Positions 19,586 to 27,508 of a stretch of 37,318 nucleotides of DNA are shown in pieces. Source of the stretch: Planctomycetota bacterium (GTDB taxonomy: Bacteria; Planctomycetota; UBA1135; UBA2386); assembly GCA_947501605.1 (NCBI GenBank), contig CANMWZ010000041.1, positions 1 to 37,318 on the forward strand, written 5' to 3'. The translations under genes were made by a program, and so were the position numbers. The notes under the pieces were generated by a model. That model was not told the DNA's origin. It saw only the letters and a list, made by a program, of their open reading frames with translations, and ran no database searches. Each line of letters opens with the position of its first letter. Positions within the stretch are counted from its first letter, which is position 1.

Positions 19586-20104
19586 TTACTTGGTGCGCGA
19601 CCGCCGCTTGCGCCACTTGGGCCAAAGCCACATCACGTAGCCACTGAGACCGAGGTAGAGCAAGGCCAGGGCGGCGACCGGCAGAACCACGGCGTGGGCG
19701 AAGTTGCCGAACCAGGAGCCATCGTGCAACTGCTCCAGCCAGTCACTGAGCCGGCGCTTGGGTCCCGCGGTCTTCAGCGTCGTGGCGCAGACCTGGACCT
19801 CCATGTGGTCGTGGATGCTGATGACCTTGTGCACGCGTTGCTGCGGCCGGAAGTCGATGCGCGCGATGTCTGCCTCGCTGCGAAACTCGGGCAGGCCGAG
19901 CGCGAACACGGCGGCGTAGACCTCTTGGAGTGGCTTCAACTGCTCCGGCGGCCCCGGCGCGCCCTTCACCACCGGTGGCTGGAGAAAGTCCCAGTCCTTC
20001 TTCTTCAGCAACAGGAAGCCAGTGGTCGCGGACAACAACAGCACGAAGCCGAGGCCCACGCCGATCCAACGGTGCAGCAGCCAAAGGAGTCGAAACAGGC
20101 TCAT
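19586..20104 (-). CDS. PepSY-associated TM helix protein
   Basis: LHRWIG...TG and LHDG motifs with flanking TM helices. Confidence 0.8.
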   Translation of the reverse strand: MSLFRLLWLLHRWIGVGLGFVLLLSATTGFLLLKKKDWDFLQPPVVKGAPGPPEQLKPLQEVYAAVFALGLPEFRSEADIARIDFRPQQRVHKVISIHDHMEVQVCATTLKTAGPKRRLSDWLEQLHDGSWFGNFAHAVVLPVAALALLYLGLSGYVMWLWPKWRKRRSRTK

Positions 20105-20152
20105 CGACGGACACCATGCCCGAGCGGGTTCGCTGGTGCCACCGCTCGTCGT

Positions 20153-21361
20153 TCAGTACTCGAACCCCTCGTCGCCGGCGAGTTCCGCGTTGGGGTAGAT
20201 GAGGTAGCACTTGCGGCACTTGCCGTAGGGCTTCTCGGTGTAGACGTGCTTTCGGTGCATCTGGTAGGTCGAGTTGTTCCAGATGTCCCAGAAGGGTTCT
20301 TTGAGCATGTTGCCGAAGTTCGGCATGCCGGCGACGCAGCACGGAATCACGTCGCCGTACGGGGCGATGTAGACGCGGCGCCACAAGAACCAGCAGCGGT
20401 ACTCGGGCATCGTGCAGGGGCGGCCTTTCGGCGCCGCCGGGGCAACGGTGCTGGGCGCAGTCGTCGCGGTGGCGAGCACGGCGGGCGAGGTGGACGCAGC
20501 GACCGCGGCAGGCTCCTCGACGAGCGTGAAGTTCGGCGGGATCTTGATGTTGACGCCAAGGGCCTTGGCGACCTCGCGCGTGCGGTCCTGCCAATAGTTG
20601 GTTTCTTCGCGGCAATACTGCAGCGACTCGTCCTTGAGGCTCTCGTGGAATGACACGAGGTGGTTGAACACCACAAGGTCCGCGCCCCATTTCGCCGTCA
20701 TCTCGACGAACTTCGGTGCTTCCTTCAACGTCCGCTTCATCAGGATGAAGTTGAAGTTGAGTTGCGGCCGCTGCTCCTTTGGCATCACCCAGCGCAGGTC
20801 GGTGAAGCGAGTGATGTTGTCGACGACTTCATTGAACTCGGCGCCGGTGCGGATCGAGTTGTAGGTCTCGCGCGTGGCCCCATCCATCGAGAAGGTGATG
20901 AGCTCGAGCTGCTTCACCAGCTTCTCGCGGAACCGCGACTCCTTCATCATCAGCGTGGCATTGCTGACCATCTCGAGCTTCATGCCGTAGCGCTCGAGGT
21001 CGTCGAGCTTCTGCTCCATCTTCGGCGTCATCAGTGGCTCGCCGAAGGCCGACAGCTGCATGGTCTTCGCGTACGGATACAGCTCGCGGACCACCTTGTC
21101 GTAGACCTCGTCCTCCATGATCACCTTGGGTGAATTGGGGTCGAGGAACTGGTTGCACATGAAACACTTCAGGTTGCAAACCGTCGTGCTCGTGAGGTTG
21201 ATCCACGTCGGCATGGCGCGCGCGAACGGCAGCAAGCCCGCCTCGTCCTGCAAGGCGAGGCGTTCGTTGGCGGCTTTGAACTCCGGGCTGCCGAACGGCA
21301 GCGATGCGAGTTCTGCGGGCCAGGTCTCGAGGACGCGGGGGTCTGATGGCGTGAGGGTCAT
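20153..21361 (-). CDS. Radical SAM protein with SPASM/twitch domain
   Basis: CNLKCFMC (CX3CX2C), GEPL, SMDG; C-terminal C..W...G-x-V-x-PCC...GN...IWN...CxxC. Confidence 0.92.
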   Translation of the reverse strand: MTLTPSDPRVLETWPAELASLPFGSPEFKAANERLALQDEAGLLPFARAMPTWINLTSTTVCNLKCFMCNQFLDPNSPKVIMEDEVYDKVVRELYPYAKTMQLSAFGEPLMTPKMEQKLDDLERYGMKLEMVSNATLMMKESRFREKLVKQLELITFSMDGATRETYNSIRTGAEFNEVVDNITRFTDLRWVMPKEQRPQLNFNFILMKRTLKEAPKFVEMTAKWGADLVVFNHLVSFHESLKDESLQYCREETNYWQDRTREVAKALGVNIKIPPNFTLVEEPAAVAASTSPAVLATATTAPSTVAPAAPKGRPCTMPEYRCWFLWRRVYIAPYGDVIPCCVAGMPNFGNMLKEPFWDIWNNSTYQMHRKHVYTEKPYGKCRKCYLIYPNAELAGDEGFEY

Positions 21362-21380
21362 GCGGCTAGGGCAGGTCAGG

Positions 21381-24300
21381 TTACAGCGTCACATCGACCG
21401 TCTGCCCGGCAGAGATGGTCACGACCTGACCGGTGTTGGAACCAGCGTTGGCACCGCCGCCTTGGCCGCCGAAGCCGCCCATGCCAGCGCGGATGGCGAT
21501 GCGCCATTGGCCCGGTCGAAGGCCGTCGAGGGTCGCCTTGCCGTTGCCGAGGATGCCGATCACCGGCTGCACGCCCTTCACGTCCTGCCCTTCGTAGGTC
21601 GCAATCACGGCGGCGAACGGGGTCGAGGTCGCGGTCGTCACGTTCACTTTTCCCGCCTGCAGCAGGCGCACTTCGATGTCGTTCTTGGTCGAACCCGAGG
21701 CGACCTCGACGGGCGCCGACTCGCTGCCGGCGAAGCCGGCCTTCTGCGCGCGCACGACCAAGGCGGTCTGCGGCGACACGCCGGGCAGTGAGAAGCGCCC
21801 CTGCTCGTCGGTCTTGACGTCGGTGCTGCCGCCACCGCCGAACATGTTGCGGCCATTGCGCCCGCCGCCAAACGACATGCCTTGCATCATCGACTCCAGC
21901 GACAGCGACGTGTCGCCGGCGACCACGACGCGAACGCTGGCATCGGCGACCGGCTTGCCTTCTGGATCGAGCACGACGCCAGCGAGGGCAGCCGAGTCGA
22001 GTTGGATGTCGAGCACGTTCTCGCCCAGTCGCAAGAACACCGGGGCAGTGACTGGCATGCTGCGGCCGCTCACTGTGACCCGCACGCGATGCTGGCCGGG
22101 CTGCAGTTCCTTCAGGGTGTAGCGACCCGACTCGTCGGTGCGCTGATTGCGACCGCCAGCGCCGCCGCCCATGCCGCGCATCCCGCGCATCATGTCGGCC
22201 ATCGGGTCAGCGCTTCTGGCTTCGTCCTGCGCGCCGCTGACGAATTGAACCCGCGCGTCGGCGAGCGGCGTGCCGTTCTCCGTGACCAGGCCGGTCAACG
22301 TCGCCGACTGCGCCTTGCTCAGGGTCAACTCGACGGTGGCGCCGTCCTGGATCTCGGCTTCGAGCCACGCCGCCTCTGCACTCGCATCAGGGGCACCGCC
22401 GCGCCGTCGCGCTCCGCCAAACATGCCGCCGCCCGCACCAGCCGCTGCGAGGCGGAACTTGTGCACACCTGGCGTCAGGTGTTCGAAGGTCGCGACACCA
22501 TCGCCGGTGCCGTTCTTGAAGTCGCTCTCCCCGCTTGCCGCAGCGAGTTGGCACTCGATGCGGGCACTGGGGATGGCCTTGCCGTCGCCGTCGAGCGCCG
22601 TGATCACCGCGGTGCCGCCGGCGACCAGTGTGACCGCGTGCTCGAGGTTGGCCGTCGTGGGCGGCTGCAACTCGGCGCTGCGATACGGCGCATGCGCGTC
22701 CTGCTCGACGACGACGGCGAAGGGCGCGTCCGTCAATGCGTTGAGCGTGGCGCGACCGTCGCGATCGGTCGTTTGCGTACCGATGCTCTGACCCATCATG
22801 CCGCCAAACGGGTTGGCGGCACCGCCGCCGCGCCGCCCCCCGCCTTGGTTCATGAAGGTCTCGACGCGCGCGTTGAAGTCCCCACCGCCGCCGCCGTTGC
22901 CAGACGTGCTGGTGCCTTGCAGGCGCACGGTGGCGCCTTCGACCGGCCGACCGGTGACCTTGCTCGACACTTGGACGAGCACGACGGGCACTGGCTCCAT
23001 CGTCAGCGTGCCGAGATCGAGCGTGCCGCTGGCGGGCAGCACGATGGAGCGCTGCTCAAAGCGGCGATAGCCGAGCGCGTCGATCGTGAGCCGCAGCGTT
23101 TGCGCGGTCTTGGGCCTTAGATCCCCGATCGACAGTGCCCCGCCGGGATACTTCTTCATCTGGCCACCGCGACCCATGAAGCCTTGCACCATCGACGCCA
23201 TGTCATTGCCGCCGTCGAGCTGGTGGCGAACGATCATGCTCTCGAGCGGCGCGCCCGTCTTCTGGTCCGTGATCTTGGCGAGGACCGTGATGCCTGGGTC
23301 GTAGACGAGTTCGACGCCGCTGACACCGGCGGCGACTTCGGCGCGCCGGCTGCAGACTTTGTTGTTGAGGAACCCGCGCGGCCCCTGGGTGACCCAGACT
23401 CGGAAGCGGGCACCGACCGGCAGTCCGCGCACACAGAAGGTGCCATCAGACATCACCTCGGCCGAACGCTCCGCCGTGAGCGCGAAGTCCCCGGCCATCT
23501 CCATGATTTGCGCGCCCATGCCACCAAATGGGTCATTGCCGGCATTGGCTCCAGTGCTGGCAACCGTGGCTGGCGCGGCGAGCACGCGCACTTCTTGGGT
23601 GCCCGCTGGCACGCCGTTCACCGTGCCGCGGATGTCGGCACCTGGCGCCAGCACGATCAAGATGTCGGCGAGAGTTTGGCCACTCACGACGCTCAAGCCG
23701 TCGCGCATCTCGGCTGGATGTTCGTTGTGCCGCGCCCGCAGCGAGAACGCGCCCGGCTGCGCATTTGGCAATTCGAAGCGGCCGTCCGCGTCGGTGAGGA
23801 CGTCGCCCATCATGCCGCGCATGACGTCAGCCATCTCGCCGGGCATGAAGTCCGTTCCACCGGCACCGATGCCGAACATGCCGAACGGGTTCATGCCGCC
23901 CGCACCAGGGAGAGCGGGGCTGGCTCCTGTCGGCGCGTCACGCTTCTGCACACGGATTACTGAGGCGCCCGCGATGGGCTGGTTCTGGTTGTCGGTGACG
24001 CGTCCGCTGATCACGGCGCCGCGCTGCAGGACGAGCGTGCCGACGTCGACGTCTTTGTCCTTGGGCCGATCGGCGCTGCGGTTGTTGACCAAGTAGGAAC
24101 GCGCCTTCGCCTCGATCTGCACCTGCGGCCCTTCGCCGTCTGGCACGAGTCGGAACGTGCCATCGGCTGCGGTGGCGACTGTGACTCGATTGGCCATCCG
24201 TTCGCGCATGCGATTGGCCATTCGCGTCGCATCCTCGATGTCGAAGTCCGGGCTGGCGAACGAGCGCGGCGACATCAGTGTGGTCAACCCAGTGCTGACG

Positions 24301-24599
24301 ACGGCATTGGCGATCGCATTGCCATCCTCATCGACGACTTTGCCGACGAGCGCTGGGCCGCTGGCAAGAGAGCCGGTCGCCGTGACGGTGGTGCGCAGGG
24401 GCTCGCCATCGACGATCGGCGCGGTCGTTGACGCGCCAGTTGCGGTGGATGGGGACTCGGTGGACTGGTCGGTCGCGTTCGTCAGCTTCTCGGCAGGCAG
24501 CCCTGGCACATCGGCGGGCGGAGATTGGAGTAGCCAGAAGAGCGAGGCGCCGACGAGAGCGAGGACGGCGACGAGGCCGAGGGCGCGAAGGTTCTGCAT
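21381..24599 (-). CDS. Large membrane-anchored protein with repeated carboxypeptidase-regulatory-like beta-sandwich domains (1072 aa)
   Basis: N-terminal TM anchor; repeated G-x-V-x-D-x-x-G-x-P-I/V-x-x-A-x-V and TD-x-x-GRF units. Confidence 0.85.
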   Translation of the reverse strand: MQNLRALGLVAVLALVGASLFWLLQSPPADVPGLPAEKLTNATDQSTESPSTATGASTTAPIVDGEPLRTTVTATGSLASGPALVGKVVDEDGNAIANAVVSTGLTTLMSPRSFASPDFDIEDATRMANRMRERMANRVTVATAADGTFRLVPDGEGPQVQIEAKARSYLVNNRSADRPKDKDVDVGTLVLQRGAVISGRVTDNQNQPIAGASVIRVQKRDAPTGASPALPGAGGMNPFGMFGIGAGGTDFMPGEMADVMRGMMGDVLTDADGRFELPNAQPGAFSLRARHNEHPAEMRDGLSVVSGQTLADILIVLAPGADIRGTVNGVPAGTQEVRVLAAPATVASTGANAGNDPFGGMGAQIMEMAGDFALTAERSAEVMSDGTFCVRGLPVGARFRVWVTQGPRGFLNNKVCSRRAEVAAGVSGVELVYDPGITVLAKITDQKTGAPLESMIVRHQLDGGNDMASMVQGFMGRGGQMKKYPGGALSIGDLRPKTAQTLRLTIDALGYRRFEQRSIVLPASGTLDLGTLTMEPVPVVLVQVSSKVTGRPVEGATVRLQGTSTSGNGGGGGDFNARVETFMNQGGGRRGGGAANPFGGMMGQSIGTQTTDRDGRATLNALTDAPFAVVVEQDAHAPYRSAELQPPTTANLEHAVTLVAGGTAVITALDGDGKAIPSARIECQLAAASGESDFKNGTGDGVATFEHLTPGVHKFRLAAAGAGGGMFGGARRRGGAPDASAEAAWLEAEIQDGATVELTLSKAQSATLTGLVTENGTPLADARVQFVSGAQDEARSADPMADMMRGMRGMGGGAGGRNQRTDESGRYTLKELQPGQHRVRVTVSGRSMPVTAPVFLRLGENVLDIQLDSAALAGVVLDPEGKPVADASVRVVVAGDTSLSLESMMQGMSFGGGRNGRNMFGGGGSTDVKTDEQGRFSLPGVSPQTALVVRAQKAGFAGSESAPVEVASGSTKNDIEVRLLQAGKVNVTTATSTPFAAVIATYEGQDVKGVQPVIGILGNGKATLDGLRPGQWRIAIRAGMGGFGGQGGGANAGSNTGQVVTISAGQTVDVTL

Positions 24600-24707
24600 G
24601 GGGGACGGAAGGGCGGGTGCGCGGGCGGGGGGGGGCGGGCGAGGCGGCGACTGTAGCCGATCGCCCGCGAGGATCGGTCGCGGGCTGGTAGGTCAATCCC
24701 AGCGTGC

Positions 24708-25370
24708 CTACTCGCCTGTAGCGGATGTGCTGTTCCAAGCGCCCGTCGGGGCCGGCGGCAGGTGCTGGCGGTTCGTGAAACCACTTCTACCCCACTGCAC
24801 TGGATGCCCAGGATCCGGCCACCGCTGTGGTACGAAGCGGACCTTGCTCACGTCGTACCCTTGCTGGCCCAGTTCGTGCACCAATTTCGCAAGCTCCGCC
24901 TCGCCGATATCGGGCCGCCGCGCCATTACCCACGCATAATCCCGGCGCGATCGAGCGACGATCACCGTCTGATACTCCGGATCCAGGTAGGTCACCAAAT
25001 ACTCAAATCGCAGCGGCCAGAAGAACTGCATGCCCCAAGTCGCCTTGGTGGTTTCGTCCCACACCACGGCATTGGGCCGCAGAACTCGCAGGTCTTTGTC
25101 GAACCCGCCGTCGCGAAATGTATACGTTGTCGCAATCGTCCCGTCTTTCTCCAGCCGGTACGATTCGACCGCATTGAAGGCAGCCGCCTCGCTCGAGGCT
25201 GGAATATGAGCGATGACATACCAATCGCCCATGAATCTTGATAGGTCAACCTCCGCCACGGTCGGCAGCGGCGGGTACGACGCGCAGCCTCCCAGCAGGG
25301 CGCAAAGCGCACTCCCGCCAGCGATACTCCAGCCAGCCAAACGCCGCCCGGCGCGGGCCAGCGGGTTCAC
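24708..25370 (-). CDS. blc: Bacterial lipocalin (Blc-like) lipoprotein
   Basis: Lipobox LGGC; VDLSRFMGDWYVIA (GxW), LDPEYQ, WVMAR; GTG start overlaps the upstream TGA. Confidence 0.88.
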   Translation of the reverse strand: MNPLARAGRRLAGWSIAGGSALCALLGGCASYPPLPTVAEVDLSRFMGDWYVIAHIPASSEAAAFNAVESYRLEKDGTIATTYTFRDGGFDKDLRVLRPNAVVWDETTKATWGMQFFWPLRFEYLVTYLDPEYQTVIVARSRRDYAWVMARRPDIGEAELAKLVHELGQQGYDVSKVRFVPQRWPDPGHPVQWGRSGFTNRQHLPPAPTGAWNSTSATGE

Positions 25371-26011
25371 TTTGCGCCCCCGAGCATTGCGTTGCGGAGA
25401 GTGGCCGACGGCGGCTTGTCGCCGAGATACATCTTCACGAACAGCACGCGAAAGTCCTCGTCGTTGATCACCGCCGCCTGTTGACCGTTGCGAAGCACAG
25501 TCATGCCGCGCGCGGGGCGCAGCACGAAGGTGTAGGCATCCCCATCGCTGACGTCTTCCATCGCCGCGCACAACTGCTCGACCGCGGCGGCGTAGCGCGG
25601 CATCGTGTCGCCGGTGTTGGCCTTGGCCGAGCCTTCCCAAGCGGACCGCAGTTGACCCTTGGACAGGCCGCGCACGAAGTCGAGGTGGATGACCAGACCC
25701 ATGTCGGCGCGCAGTCCGTCCGCGGCGCAGGTCAATGGCCGTTCGACCCACAGTGCGGCGTGGTAGAGGTCGATGCCCAGGATGCCCCATTCGCAGAGGC
25801 CTGAGCCTTGGAGTCGGAGCGAAGTACCGTCGACATCGAGACGCGCTGGAAACGAGTCGTCCGGGCTGCGCGCGATCGGCAGGTGCAGCGCGTTGGGGTC
25901 GAAGGTGACGGCCGCTCTTGGCACGCTCGGGACCACGGGGCCGCCCATGCAGCTCCACAAGGTCACCGAAGCAACGGCACAACCGAACAGCAAGGAGGGC
26001 ATGCGTCCCAT
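25367..26011 (-). CDS. Chalcone isomerase-like (lipid-binding fold) putative lipoprotein
   Basis: L-x-L-Q-G-x-G...IDLYHAALW and F...YLGDKPPSATLRNAMLG; lipobox-like LWSC. Start 26011 or 26002. Confidence 0.8.
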   Translation of the reverse strand: MGRMPSLLFGCAVASVTLWSCMGGPVVPSVPRAAVTFDPNALHLPIARSPDDSFPARLDVDGTSLRLQGSGLCEWGILGIDLYHAALWVERPLTCAADGLRADMGLVIHLDFVRGLSKGQLRSAWEGSAKANTGDTMPRYAAAVEQLCAAMEDVSDGDAYTFVLRPARGMTVLRNGQQAAVINDEDFRVLFVKMYLGDKPPSATLRNAMLGGAK

Positions 26012-26230
26012 GACAGGCTGCACATCGTCGCACAGGCGACTGCGGATGCACGCGCGGCCGTACAGCAGTCGGGCGTTGCTTGATCTCTTCGTGCGCAAGC
26101 GGGGGAGAATGGCCCGGTGGCACGGAGCCGGCGCGCTATCATCCCGCGCTCTGCCCCGATGCCATCGGTCGGGCGCGGCCGTCGCCTTGCTGGCGGCGGT
26201 TCCAGCGATTCTCTCACTGCTTTGATCGCC

Positions 26231-27508
26231 ATGACCGACTGGACTCGCCGAGCCTTCTTGCAGAGGAGTGCTGCTGCTGCGATTGCCGGCCCCCTGCTCG
26301 GCGCCGCGCCGCAACGAGGGGCCAGAGGGACTCTGCTGGCGCGGGCAGACGCTGTCATCCAGATCCACCTGGCAGGTGGGCTGAGTCACATCGACACGTT
26401 CGACCCCAAACCCGAGGCTCCGGTCGAAGTGCGCGGGCCATTCGCCGCGATCGAGAGCAAGGTGCAGGGGCTGCGGCTCAGTTCGTTGCTGCCGCGAACG
26501 GCCGATGTCGCCGACAAGCTCACTCTGATCCGCTCGATGACGCACACGGAAGCCGACCACGACCGTGGGTCCCACTCGGTGTTGACCGGTTACGCGCCCA
26601 GCCCCGCAATTGTCTATCCCTCGTTTGGCGCCGTGGTCGCACACGAGCTCGGCGGCCGCAATGACCTGCCCGCATATGTATGTGTGCCGACGGCCAACAG
26701 CGGCTTCCTGGCCAACGGGTATCTCGGCAGTGCCTACGCGCCGTTCGCGGTCGGCGGCAATCCCGGCAGTGGCCGGTTCAAGGTGCGCGACCTCGCGCCG
26801 ACGGATGCGATCGACGAGGCTCGCCGTCAGCGCCGCAAGCAGATGCTGCACGACCTCGATGCCGATCGGCCCGAGTTGCAGACCGCTGGCTCGGTAGTCG
26901 CGAGCGAAGCGTTCTACCAACAGGCGTGGGCGCTGCTCGAATCGCCGACCGCGCGGGCGGCATTCGATCTCGCCGCCGAGCCCGATGCCAAGAAGGATCG
27001 CTACGGCCGCAACACGCTCGGCATGAGCACGTTGCTGGCGCGGCGGTTGGTGCAGGCTGGCACGCGCTACGTCGTCGCCACCCACGGTGGCTACGACCAC
27101 CACACGCGGATCGGCAACGAGTTGCCGCCGCGCATGGGCGAGTTCGACGTTGCGTTCGCGGCGTTGCTCGAAGACCTCGAACGCGAAGGGTTGCTCGATC
27201 GCACCTTGGTGCTCGTCACCAGTGAGTTTGGCCGCACACCGCGGCTGAACGCCGATAGCGGCCGCGATCACTGGGCCCGCGCGTTCACCGTTGCCATTGC
27301 GGGAGCCGGCATCAAGCGCGGTCACGTGCACGGCGAGACCAACTCCAGTGGGGCCGAGCCCGAACGCGACGCAGTCAAGCCCGCGGACCTCGCCGCGACA
27401 GTGTTTGCCCAACTCGGTATCGATCCAGAAAAGAAACTCATGGCGCCAGGCGATCGGCCGATCGACCTGGTTCGCGATGGTGCCGTCATTGCCGGAGTGC
27501 TGGCGTGA
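26231..27508 (+). CDS. DUF1501 domain protein, Tat-exported
   Basis: TRRAFL twin-arginine signal; GGLSHIDTFDPKP, YGR...LARRLV-x-AG, YDHH, SEFGRTP, GRDHW. Confidence 0.93.
   Translation: MTDWTRRAFLQRSAAAAIAGPLLGAAPQRGARGTLLARADAVIQIHLAGGLSHIDTFDPKPEAPVEVRGPFAAIESKVQGLRLSSLLPRTADVADKLTLIRSMTHTEADHDRGSHSVLTGYAPSPAIVYPSFGAVVAHELGGRNDLPAYVCVPTANSGFLANGYLGSAYAPFAVGGNPGSGRFKVRDLAPTDAIDEARRQRRKQMLHDLDADRPELQTAGSVVASEAFYQQAWALLESPTARAAFDLAAEPDAKKDRYGRNTLGMSTLLARRLVQAGTRYVVATHGGYDHHTRIGNELPPRMGEFDVAFAALLEDLEREGLLDRTLVLVTSEFGRTPRLNADSGRDHWARAFTVAIAGAGIKRGHVHGETNSSGAEPERDAVKPADLAATVFAQLGIDPEKKLMAPGDRPIDLVRDGAVIAGVLA

Noticed and set aside
19586..21361. RiPP cluster (radical SAM/SPASM plus exporter)
   Set aside because: No short precursor peptide, no RRE/PqqD domain, and the ABC protein has no C39 peptidase domain.
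25367..27412. 681-aa ORF read as one fusion protein
   Set aside because: The N-terminal two-thirds is mostly antisense to DUF1501; only 25367-26011 looks coding.
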